The notes under the pieces are model-generated. The model saw nothing but the letters and a program-made list of their open reading frames with translations, searched no databases and was not told the DNA's origin. Below, piece by piece: positions 27,954-37,786 of a DNA stretch of 64,000 nt (the first letter of the stretch is position 1; each line of letters starts with the position of its first letter). Made by a program: the position numbers and the translations under genes. The stretch spans positions 10,920-74,919 of the forward strand of contig JACPGJ010000003.1 of assembly GCA_016182555.1 (NCBI GenBank), given 5' to 3'. The stretch is from Candidatus Kerfeldbacteria bacterium (GTDB lineage Bacteria; Patescibacteriota; Patescibacteriia; UBA9570; XYC2-FULL-38-9).

Positions 27954-28997
27954 TTAGAAGAATTTTTTGGCTAGGCCAAGAATACCTTGTTTCCATGGCA
28001 CACGGTGGGAAACGCCAGATTTTCCTTCAAATTCTTTTTGATGGTCAATGTACCATTGCAAATTTCGAAGGAGCGCATCTTTGTTTGAATATTTTGGTAC
28101 GTACCCCAGAATGCGTTCTGCTTTTTCAATAGAAACAAACGAATCTTCACAAGCAGTTTCATACACCCATTTATATAATGGAGAGAGGTGAAAAAATTCC
28201 AGTACTCGTAAAGCCCAAATCATGGGTGCCGCAGGAAAGCCAATAATTTTTTTTCCAAACCCAGCTTTGTCTAACACGACTTGATAATCTTCTTTCATGG
28301 TAGTGAATTCCTTTGCACCAATATTGAATGTATCGTTCACTATGCTGGTTTCTTTTGTCGCACATAAGTAAATCGCATCACATAAATCTTCCACCGCAAG
28401 TAATTGATAGCGATTATGACCACTCCCGATCATGGGAAAATTTCGGCCATCCAACGCCCAATCATACAACAACGCAAAGACGCCTAAACGCTCCGGCCCA
28501 ATAAAAGATTTTGGACGAATAATGGGTACAACCATGCCATCTTTACGTGCCTGAACACAAGCTTCTTCAGCAAGAATTTTTGCTTCTCCATACGGGCCAA
28601 CGCCAACAAGCTTATCGGTTTCAAATAACGGATGATGATCTGGGATACCGTACACTGCCGTAGATGAAATATGCACGACCCGTTTTACACCGTGTTTTTT
28701 TGCCGATTCCAAAATAATGCGTGTACCCTCTACGTCAGTAGAATAAATTTCTTCTTTGGAATACAATGGGAGTGCAGCGGCGCAATGAACAACAATATCC
28801 ACTCCTTCCATTATTTTGTCTACCGTGTCTTTATGGCGAATATCACCAATGACCGACTGGATACGATCTTTTTCCGGATAATCAAATTCGAGCAAATCAA
28901 GAGAGCGAACGGTGTGCCCGTTTTCCAAAAGAAAGCGAATCAGATTAATCCCTAGAAATCCTGATCCGCCGGTAATGAGGTAGGTCTGTGATGCCAT
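27954..28997 (-). CDS. NAD-dependent epimerase/dehydratase (extended SDR, 3-beta-HSD-like)
   Basis: YLITGGSGFLGINLIRFLLENGHTV (Rossmann). Catalytic YGEAKILAE (YxxxK). 347 aa. Confidence 0.7.
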   Translation of the reverse strand: MASQTYLITGGSGFLGINLIRFLLENGHTVRSLDLLEFDYPEKDRIQSVIGDIRHKDTVDKIMEGVDIVVHCAAALPLYSKEEIYSTDVEGTRIILESAKKHGVKRVVHISSTAVYGIPDHHPLFETDKLVGVGPYGEAKILAEEACVQARKDGMVVPIIRPKSFIGPERLGVFALLYDWALDGRNFPMIGSGHNRYQLLAVEDLCDAIYLCATKETSIVNDTFNIGAKEFTTMKEDYQVVLDKAGFGKKIIGFPAAPMIWALRVLEFFHLSPLYKWVYETACEDSFVSIEKAERILGYVPKYSNKDALLRNLQWYIDHQKEFEGKSGVSHRVPWKQGILGLAKKFF

Positions 28998-29005
28998 AGA
29001 AAAAA

Positions 29006-29362
29006 TTATGATTTAGGTAATGAAATAAGAATAATGCCCGATAATAATAGCAATATTCCGCTGAGCTGTACACCGCTCAGTGTCTCTTTGAGATAGAATG
29101 TGGAAAAGAGAGTAATAATCAAAAAACCCCCACCGACCATCAGCGGATATGCGAGGGAGAGTGGTAATTTGGAGAGCGCTACGGAATAAAAAATCACATT
29201 CAGGGCGAAGAGTATCAGCCCAAGGATAAGTACGTAATTTTTCATCACGGCTTCGATCATTCCGACTTCTTTAAAATAATGCAAATTTTTAGAACCAACC
29301 TTGAGTGAAATGTTTGCGACGGCGTTGAGCGTGAGTGCAGTCACAAGATAAGCATATCCCAT
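29006..29362 (-). CDS. Small 4-TM DMT/SMR-family protein, ArnE/ArnF-like putative lipid-linked-sugar flippase subunit
   Basis: 118 aa with four hydrophobic helices. The size and topology match ArnE/ArnF/EamA-like small transporters. Located between the HAD and SDR genes. Confidence 0.5.
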   Translation of the reverse strand: MGYAYLVTALTLNAVANISLKVGSKNLHYFKEVGMIEAVMKNYVLILGLILFALNVIFYSVALSKLPLSLAYPLMVGGGFLIITLFSTFYLKETLSGVQLSGILLLLSGIILISLPKS

Positions 29363-29367
29363 AATAT

Positions 29368-29844
29368 TTATAGATAATGATTGAATAGTCTGAACATAAC
29401 ATCATCAACCGCATTGATTATTTTAATAATCGGGCGATCTTTTCCATGCTTCCTTTTCACTCGAATAAATTGGGCGCCTATACGCTTTGCAAATAGGGCA
29501 TCGGTCAAAAATTTATCGCCAATAACGGTGACCGGCTGTTGCGAAAACTCGGTGGGAAGGCATTGCAGCACACGACGACTGGGTTTTTTACAATCTGGGT
29601 TGATGATTGATGTTTTTGTAATCCGTTCTATTTCTTTGCAGCGAGGTCGATTCCGTGAATTTGTACATAAATAGACAGTATTATGTTCTTTCAGTTCTTC
29701 CAATTTTTTTAATGCGGGCAGTGTGACCAATACCGCATTGTCTGGAACCAATGTTCCGTCAATATCCAACAAAATAACTGAATCACGCAATGACTGCACA
29801 TTCAGCTCTTCAAAATAGTATTCAGCCATAGAGGTAAAATACAC
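29368..29844 (-). CDS. HAD-IIIA-type phosphatase (YqeG-like)
   Basis: Motif I ILLDIDGTLVPD (DxDGT), motif II VYLCTNS, motif IV VIGDKFLTDALFAKRIG (GDxxxTD). 158 aa. Overlaps the UbiA gene by 23 nt. Confidence 0.6.
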   Translation of the reverse strand: MYFTSMAEYYFEELNVQSLRDSVILLDIDGTLVPDNAVLVTLPALKKLEELKEHNTVYLCTNSRNRPRCKEIERITKTSIINPDCKKPSRRVLQCLPTEFSQQPVTVIGDKFLTDALFAKRIGAQFIRVKRKHGKDRPIIKIINAVDDVMFRLFNHYL

Positions 29845-30724
29845 CAGTCATCCACACCATCCAGGTGAGCACCGTACAGAGCAACCACCGATCATGAAAT
29901 AACATTTTTTCTGGTGCTTCCCCCTGTTCAAACTGATGAATAATATACAAATATCGAAACATGCCAAAAAAGACAAAAAATGAGGAGTAGATCATATACG
30001 GTTTATCTACCTCTACTGTGTATAAACTGTAACTGAGAATAACGCCGGTAATAACGACCGTGAGAATATGATCCAAGAATGAATCAGTATATTTGTTGAG
30101 AACAACGCGTGTCTGGTGTTCACTGCCAGCAACTGCTTTAAATTCAGCGCGTCGTTTCCCAATAATGAGAAATAATGCCAGAAAAAAAGTGACCAAAATG
30201 AGCCACGGAGAGATATAAATATTTAGCAGTTCTCCACCGGCTTTGACACGCAGTAAATACATAAATGCGACAAAGAAAATTTCAATGACTGGAATGTGTT
30301 TTAGAAAGAAGGAATAACTGATATTCATGCAGAAATACAGAAAGAGAATAATATCCACTCGTGCATTTAATTGGGTAGCGAGTGCAATAACAATGAGTAA
30401 CAACAAGAACGCAATCCACTGACCTTGGCGAATACTTATTTGCCCGGCAGCAATGGGACGAAACTTTTTTTTCGGATGATGTCGGTCTTTTTCATAATCC
30501 GCAATATCGTTAATGATATAAATACTGCTGGCCAAAAATGAAAATGCAAAAAATAATAGTGCCGTGTGATAGACATTCTGCACACTAAAAAATTCAACGG
30601 CAAAAAATAATGGTGCAAAGATTAACAGATTTTTAATCCAATGATTGGCACGCATTTCTTTTACGATAGCGTGCGTGGTTGATTGACGTGGTTGCATAGG
30701 TGATAAATGTCTCGAAGGTATCAT
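29822..30724 (-). CDS. UbiA-family prenyl-phosphate transferase with the decaprenyl-phosphate 5-phosphoribosyltransferase (DPPR synthase, Rv3806c-type) signature
   Basis: WIKNLLIFAPLFFA ... YIINDIADYEKDRHHPKKKFRPIAAGQIS. This is the NDxxDxxxD motif plus the K(K/R)FRPIA(A/S)G block characteristic of DPPR synthases. 8–9 TM helices. Confidence 0.65.
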   Translation of the reverse strand: MIPSRHLSPMQPRQSTTHAIVKEMRANHWIKNLLIFAPLFFAVEFFSVQNVYHTALLFFAFSFLASSIYIINDIADYEKDRHHPKKKFRPIAAGQISIRQGQWIAFLLLLIVIALATQLNARVDIILFLYFCMNISYSFFLKHIPVIEIFFVAFMYLLRVKAGGELLNIYISPWLILVTFFLALFLIIGKRRAEFKAVAGSEHQTRVVLNKYTDSFLDHILTVVITGVILSYSLYTVEVDKPYMIYSSFFVFFGMFRYLYIIHQFEQGEAPEKMLFHDRWLLCTVLTWMVWMTGVFYLYG

Positions 30725-30741
30725 AACTGTGTGTCCGGGTA

Positions 30742-31887
30742 TTAGTCAAGCATACGTTGGTACATTTTTTTATATTCGTCAGCTGCTTGTTGCCAAGAAT
30801 ACAAAAGGCTTTTTATACGGCTTGCGCTCGCGTATGTTTGCCGTAGTTTTGCGTCACGTAATAATTGGGTGAGTGCAGCGGTGAGTTGCGTTTGATTATT
30901 TTTTTCAATAATGATGCCGTTTCCGCTGGCGAGTGCTTCCGCGTCGCCAGTATTCGTGATAATCAATGGCAATCCAGATGCCATCGCTTCCAATACCGTG
31001 TTCGACATACCTTCATTATGAGACGGTAGAACAAAAATATCCGCCTGGCGATAGATTTCTGGTAATTCGCTGCGTTCCATATTGCCGTGAAAGTGTACAC
31101 GTTTGCTCAACTGTAACGCTTGTGTCAGTGCCTCAAGTTCCACTCTAATATTTCCATCACCAACTATTTCTAATTCCGTTTGTGGAAATGAAGATTGTAT
31201 TTCAGCGAATGATTTTATCAGTATATCAATTCCCTTTCTTTCTATTAGACGTGAAACACACAGAATGCGTACTTTTTTTTTATTTTCTTCGGCCGTAGAG
31301 GCCGAAAATGGATAGAATATTTCCGTGTCTACACCATTGGGAATAACGGGTATTTCTAATGATGCCATCGACTTATGCGCTAAATCAGCTAAACTTTGGC
31401 TATTGGCCACAACATCTGTTGCCTTTTTCCAAATATCGACAAACAATGGCTTCGCAATAGTATAAATAAATTGAAACCGTTTATTATATCCGGGCACATC
31501 GGAGCCGCGTAGAGAGATAATATATGGTAACTGACGGCGGAAACTATACGCAATAATTCCTGCTGGTACGGTAAAAAAGGCATGAACGAAATCGTATGTA
31601 TTTTTTCGCACCAGGCTGCGTGCCATTAAATACCCCTGCAACAGATAACGGAATAAGTTTAATTGTGACTGATAATGCAACGAATCACGTTTATCTCCAA
31701 TCGGTACACGGTACAGGGTCACATTCGGAAATGGTTGCTCTGTTGAATATCGATTGTCGATTGCTGCGGTGATGCAATCAATTGTTATGCGTTCTTCATT
31801 GCGGAATTGGCGGAATAATTCTTGTGTTGCGTATCCAGCGCCACCACCCAACGGTGGGTATTCTGAATTGAGAAAGAGAACACGCAT
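30742..31887 (-). CDS. Glycosyltransferase family 4
   Basis: MRVLFLNSEYPPLGGGAGYA at the N-terminus. EX7E region SHNEGMSNTVLEAMASGLPLIITNTGD. Confidence 0.75.
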   Translation of the reverse strand: MRVLFLNSEYPPLGGGAGYATQELFRQFRNEERITIDCITAAIDNRYSTEQPFPNVTLYRVPIGDKRDSLHYQSQLNLFRYLLQGYLMARSLVRKNTYDFVHAFFTVPAGIIAYSFRRQLPYIISLRGSDVPGYNKRFQFIYTIAKPLFVDIWKKATDVVANSQSLADLAHKSMASLEIPVIPNGVDTEIFYPFSASTAEENKKKVRILCVSRLIERKGIDILIKSFAEIQSSFPQTELEIVGDGNIRVELEALTQALQLSKRVHFHGNMERSELPEIYRQADIFVLPSHNEGMSNTVLEAMASGLPLIITNTGDAEALASGNGIIIEKNNQTQLTAALTQLLRDAKLRQTYASASRIKSLLYSWQQAADEYKKMYQRMLD

Positions 31888-31888
31888 G

Positions 31889-32821
31889 TTATTTTTTTAT
31901 GGTGAGAATTTCTTTGATCGCGTAGGGTTTGCGTGGGCCGTCATAGTAAATACGAATCAGAATATCGGCCAACAATCCAAAGATAAAAAATTGAACACCG
32001 AGTATGGTGAGTAATACGGCCAAGAGGGGGATATTTGAATCTGCTAAGCCGTGATGAAAAATAAATTTTTTGATAAACAAAGCAATAAAAAGAAGAATAG
32101 CTCCAACAATCAACCCCAACCCAAGCCCTCCAAACAAGTGCAGCGGTCGGCGGGCATATTTTCGCCAAAACCAAATCGCCAGCATATCGATAAATCCTTT
32201 GTACACGCGCTTCCAGTTATATTTTGTCTTTCCGTGCAAGCGTGGACGGTGCGCAATCGGTGCCTCTGCAATGCTGAATCCGCTCCAGGCCAGTACGGCC
32301 GGGATAAAACGGTGCATCTCACCAAATAAATCCACTTCGTTAAAACATTCTTTTTTGTAGACTTTGAGTGAACATCCTGAATCATGGATATGATCTTTCA
32401 CAAAAATACTCCGCAGGCCATAGGCACCCCGCGATACAAACCGTTTCATGAATGGGTCATGCCGTTCTTGCCGCCAACCGGAGACCACATCTACGCGCTT
32501 CTCTTCCATGACGGTGAGCAATTTTGGAATTTCACTGGGTGGATTTTGCCCGTCACCATCGAGTGTAATAATTATTTCACCGCTCGCATGTTTAATTCCA
32601 GCATCCAGTGCGGCGGTTTGTCCAAAGTTTTTTCGTAAACGAATAACGGTCAGCGGGGATAAGGTATTCAACACGCCTGCTGTTCCGTCAACGCTACCGT
32701 CATCCACGACAATCACTTCATAGGGTTGACCAAGATTGTTCATGACGGTGATCACTTCTGCATGCAGCGCAGGAATATTTTTTTCTTCATTAAATACCGG
32801 AATAATAACGGAGTATTTCAT
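31889..32821 (-). CDS. GT2 polyprenyl-phosphate glycosyltransferase (ArnC/GtrB/DPM1-like) with a C-terminal TM anchor
   Basis: YSVIIPVFNEEKNIPALHAEV...VVDDGSVDGT...IITLDGDGQNPPSEIP. C-terminal TM helices (LFGGLGLGLIVGAILLFIALFI..., LLAVLLTILGVQFFIFGLLADI). Confidence 0.8.
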   Translation of the reverse strand: MKYSVIIPVFNEEKNIPALHAEVITVMNNLGQPYEVIVVDDGSVDGTAGVLNTLSPLTVIRLRKNFGQTAALDAGIKHASGEIIITLDGDGQNPPSEIPKLLTVMEEKRVDVVSGWRQERHDPFMKRFVSRGAYGLRSIFVKDHIHDSGCSLKVYKKECFNEVDLFGEMHRFIPAVLAWSGFSIAEAPIAHRPRLHGKTKYNWKRVYKGFIDMLAIWFWRKYARRPLHLFGGLGLGLIVGAILLFIALFIKKFIFHHGLADSNIPLLAVLLTILGVQFFIFGLLADILIRIYYDGPRKPYAIKEILTIKK

Positions 32822-32826
32822 ATTGT

Positions 32827-33798
32827 TTACTTACCATGAAATCGCTCTTCTGTAAACCAGTGCACAAATTTTTTCAAACCCGTTTCAATATCGGTTTTCG
32901 GCCTCCAATTGAGCAAGCGGCTAGCTTTTGAAATATCTGCGTATGTTTTATTCATGTCGCCAGCCGCCGCAGGTAAGTACTCAATTTTGGCTTCTTTGCC
33001 AGTGACACGTTCCAACACCGCAATATATTCTCGCATCGTTAAAGGGTGGGAATTTCCTAGGTTAATAATTTCATATTCTAATTTTTTTCCCACACACGCC
33101 ATCACGCCATCGACAATGTCATCTATATACGTGAAGTCGCGCTCTGCAGAACCATCGCCATACAGTTGAATGGGCTTTCCATAAAGCAAGCTTTCCGTAA
33201 ATTTATACGGAGACATATCTGGTCGGCCACGTTCACCATAGACCGTAAAAAACCGTAATCCAATACAATTCATTTGGTAGAGGTGATGATAGGTGTACGC
33301 AATCAATTCACAGGCACGTTTACTCGCGGCATACGGAGAGATAGGATGATCGACATTCGCTTCTTCTGAAAACGGTGTTTTGTTTTGGTTGCCGTACACG
33401 GAAGAAGACGAAGCAAAAATAATATCGTGTACGCCGAATTCGCGGGCGAGTTCAAATAACAAGTATGTGCCTTCCACATTCACACGTTGTGTCAGAAGCG
33501 GCTGTTCAATGGAAATACGCACACCGGCTTGCGCTGCGAGGTGAATAATTAGGTCAATCGAGTGTTGCTCAAACACCGCACGCATCGCTGCGGCATCTGT
33601 AATATCAGCGCGTACTAACTGATAGACTGCTGTTTCCGCATGTGCCTCAATGTTCGATTCTTTATATTGTGGATTATAATACGCCGAAAAATTGTCTACC
33701 GCAATCACCGTGTGTCCTTCGGCAATTAAGCGATCGGCAACGTGTGAACCAATGAACCCTGCGGCTCCAGTTAAAAGGATATTCATGACCCTCACCAT
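32827..33798 (-). CDS. NAD-dependent nucleotide-sugar epimerase (UDP-glucuronate 4-epimerase-like)
   Basis: ILLTGAAGFIGSHVADRLIAEGHTVIAVDNFSAYYNPQYKESNI is the Cap1J/LpsL-type N-terminus. YxxxK present (YAASKRACE). The ORF-track 5' extension to 33939 is rejected; the start is likely MVRV/MNIL near 33786–33798. Confidence 0.7.
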   Translation of the reverse strand: MVRVMNILLTGAAGFIGSHVADRLIAEGHTVIAVDNFSAYYNPQYKESNIEAHAETAVYQLVRADITDAAAMRAVFEQHSIDLIIHLAAQAGVRISIEQPLLTQRVNVEGTYLLFELAREFGVHDIIFASSSSVYGNQNKTPFSEEANVDHPISPYAASKRACELIAYTYHHLYQMNCIGLRFFTVYGERGRPDMSPYKFTESLLYGKPIQLYGDGSAERDFTYIDDIVDGVMACVGKKLEYEIINLGNSHPLTMREYIAVLERVTGKEAKIEYLPAAAGDMNKTYADISKASRLLNWRPKTDIETGLKKFVHWFTEERFHGK

Positions 33799-33852
33799 AC
33801 AATTTTTTGGCCTACTGGTCAACGAGAGAGTTTTTTCGTATACTGCTTGGGT

Positions 33853-35349
33853 ATGAAGATACGTGTCAACACTATAAAACTCGCCAAAGGAATTATTTTT
33901 TTCATTCCCATCGTGATCAGTGTCTGGATGGCAGTTCAATATTTTGCTGTTTCCGGCAATTTATCTATTGGTACCAATTTTTCCAGTGCATCTCCATTTA
34001 TTTCGGAGTGGTACCCACAAAACCGCGCTGGCGACCGCGAACAAAATTTACGAACAGGCGATACATATCAGCAACTTGTTGGTGAGCCAGATTATATTGA
34101 TGTTGCCGTTCCGCGTTCATACGATAGTGTGGACGTGACAGTTGACTACAACAACGACGAACAACCGTTGATTGAATTTGGTCTCATTACGAACCCCGAA
34201 CCATGGAGTGTGAATTTGCAAGCATTTGAAAGTACCGTCATTGATGAAGCATTGAAAACGTGGGATCGTATCGACACCGACGGCGTGACGCTTTTACAAC
34301 GCACAAAACAATTCAATTCACTAGACGAATTTCGAAATGCCATGCCGTCCGACAAAGGTGTTGGCACCTATCGTTATCAATTGTATCCAACATTTATTGA
34401 TCCGACGTATACACCGAGTGATGCGAGTCTCGATATTGACCGGTACTTTCGTGGTGCTCACGAATTTGTGGCGTATGTCAAAAATGAAACACTTCACATC
34501 ACCTTTGACTTCGCCGATATGAACCGTGAATTTAATGCCGATCCTGTTAAAATAGAAGTGTACGATAAGGGGCAGCTGATTGATGAAAAATTATTATCAG
34601 ATGATGGTGATGTAACGGCGTCAGGCGTGAACACGGCTGTGCGTTCACTCACTGTTGATATTCCAAATCTTGCTGAAGGTGCTTATACGTTGAAAGTGGT
34701 GGTGGATAACGATATGGTCACCACCCATATTCACAGTGATCAAGAAAAATTTGTTGCGCACAATCAGGTCTACATTATCAATAATGAAGAATATCGCATT
34801 CCATTTCCAGAAATGAACCTGGACGGCACGACAGTTGCGACCAATGCAACAGAATTTATTGCGAAAACCGATCATAATACGGGCGTGCAAACGATGACGA
34901 TTGATGATGAGCCGCTCGATATCAATACCGTGCATGAATTTGCTTCTTGGCAAGCAGAAAACGCAACAGCGAATACCAATACTGTTCGTACGGTGGTGAT
35001 GCCGAAAAATGACCTCCTCTTTATTACCCACGGCTACATGGCGTTCACTCAGGATAGTTTTTTTGACCCAGATTATTTGATTCAATCGGTTGATGAAATG
35101 AGCACACTAGACCAGCTCGATCATATTGTTTTTCAAGATTACCATTCGCCAGAAGTGCTTCGCAGAGACAAAACACAAACCGTGCATTTGGATTTAGCAG
35201 GTGTGGCGGGTGACAGAAAAAAACTCACGTTTATTTTATCCGCACCTGGCTTGGATCGAGAACGATATATGATACAAATTAATCATATCCAATTCGATTT
35301 TCAACGCGAGCCGTTATGGCAACGACTCCGCCAACGTTTCCACTTATGA
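33853..35349 (+). CDS. Hypothetical exported/anchored protein
   Basis: The N-terminus is hydrophobic (KGIIFFIPIVISVWMAVQYFAV), followed by a large soluble domain. 499 aa. Divergent from the glycosylation operon. ATG at 33853; the track start 33847 is a TTG. Confidence 0.5.
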   Translation: MKIRVNTIKLAKGIIFFIPIVISVWMAVQYFAVSGNLSIGTNFSSASPFISEWYPQNRAGDREQNLRTGDTYQQLVGEPDYIDVAVPRSYDSVDVTVDYNNDEQPLIEFGLITNPEPWSVNLQAFESTVIDEALKTWDRIDTDGVTLLQRTKQFNSLDEFRNAMPSDKGVGTYRYQLYPTFIDPTYTPSDASLDIDRYFRGAHEFVAYVKNETLHITFDFADMNREFNADPVKIEVYDKGQLIDEKLLSDDGDVTASGVNTAVRSLTVDIPNLAEGAYTLKVVVDNDMVTTHIHSDQEKFVAHNQVYIINNEEYRIPFPEMNLDGTTVATNATEFIAKTDHNTGVQTMTIDDEPLDINTVHEFASWQAENATANTNTVRTVVMPKNDLLFITHGYMAFTQDSFFDPDYLIQSVDEMSTLDQLDHIVFQDYHSPEVLRRDKTQTVHLDLAGVAGDRKKLTFILSAPGLDRERYMIQINHIQFDFQREPLWQRLRQRFHL

Positions 35350-35546
35350 GTTCCACCAACACACTACAATGGATTCGTACACTTGTTCCGTTTACTTTCC
35401 GTGTTTTGCTTTTTTGGTATCTGGTAGCAATTTTGGTTGAATATATTTTCCCTGGTTTTGTGAGCAACCAGCTCAACCTTGATCTATTTCTCTGGCTTGT
35501 TATACTGACCGCGCTTTTTTCTTTTGTTATTGAGCGGAAGAGATAA
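35346..35546 (+). CDS. Small membrane protein (hypothetical)
   Basis: ATGA overlap with the upstream stop. Two hydrophobic helices. No family recognised. Confidence 0.35.
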   Translation: MSSTNTLQWIRTLVPFTFRVLLFWYLVAILVEYIFPGFVSNQLNLDLFLWLVILTALFSFVIERKR

Positions 35547-35548
35547 TT

Positions 35549-36502
35549 ATGCGCATCATTGTATACGGCTCGATCGCGTTTGATCGAGTGATGATATTTC
35601 CTGGAACATTTCAAGAACATATTTTACCGAACCAGATTCACAATTTGAATGTATCCTTTTTTATCGAACGTTTAGAGCAGCGGCGTGGTGGCTGCGCCGG
35701 CAATATTGCCTATAGCTTACATTTGTTGGGTGAACAACCACAACTGGTTGGCAGTATTGGTGGTGATGCCGATTCGTATATGCAATATTGGCAGCAGATG
35801 GGTTTGTCTACAGATCATGTTGCGGTATACTCAAGTGAAACAACAGGCGGCGCGTACATGATGACCGATTTGAAAAATAATCAAATTTCTGGTTTTCACC
35901 CTGGCGCAGATAGCTGCGATACTGTACTCCAACTTGAAGATTACGACCCGAAGGAGACGCTGATGATTTTTTCTCCGCGTAATAACCACGACGAAATTCT
36001 CCGTTATGTGCAGCAATGTCAGCAGTTAGGTATTCGTTATATTTTTGACCTTGGTCAAACGATTCCAACATTTTCTGGCGAAGAGTTACGCATGATGATG
36101 AATGGTGCCTATATTATTATTGTGAATGATTATGAATTCAATCTCATTCTGCACCGTGCACAGGTAACGAAAGAAGAGGTGCTCGGTTTCACAGAACAGT
36201 TGATTACGACGTTGGGTGACCACGGTTCAGTGATTGAATCGGCAACAGACCGTATAGAAATTCCCATTTGTCGTGTAGAAGAAGTGAAGGACCCCACTGG
36301 AGCAGGGGATGCGTATCGAGCTGGTTTATTGAAAGGTTTGAGCGCTGGTTGTTCATGGGAACAAGCCGGAAAATTAGGCGCTGTTGCCGCGGCGTATGCC
36401 ATTGAACATTACGGCACTCAAGAACACCGCTATACATTTGCTGAATTTGCTCAACGGTATCAAGAAAATTTTAATAAACCATTTCCATTAACCGTTAATT
36501 AA
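35549..36502 (+). CDS. PfkB-family carbohydrate/nucleoside kinase (adenosine-kinase/ribokinase-like)
   Basis: PfkB signature 2 DPTGAGDAYRAGLL. The GG motif (GGCAGN) is near the N-terminus. 317 aa. Confidence 0.75.
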   Translation: MRIIVYGSIAFDRVMIFPGTFQEHILPNQIHNLNVSFFIERLEQRRGGCAGNIAYSLHLLGEQPQLVGSIGGDADSYMQYWQQMGLSTDHVAVYSSETTGGAYMMTDLKNNQISGFHPGADSCDTVLQLEDYDPKETLMIFSPRNNHDEILRYVQQCQQLGIRYIFDLGQTIPTFSGEELRMMMNGAYIIIVNDYEFNLILHRAQVTKEEVLGFTEQLITTLGDHGSVIESATDRIEIPICRVEEVKDPTGAGDAYRAGLLKGLSAGCSWEQAGKLGAVAAAYAIEHYGTQEHRYTFAEFAQRYQENFNKPFPLTVN

Positions 36503-37768
<1,266 letters not shown>

Positions 37769-37786
37769 TATGATACCATTTCGCAT

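Noticed and set aside
33799-33939. N-terminal 47–51-codon extension of the UDP-GlcA-epimerase-like gene (MNCHPDTDHDGNEKNN…).
   Set aside because: The Rossmann GxxGxxG begins right after MNILLTGAAG. The extension is unconserved-looking and overlaps the divergent promoter region, so a later start near 33786–33798 is preferred.
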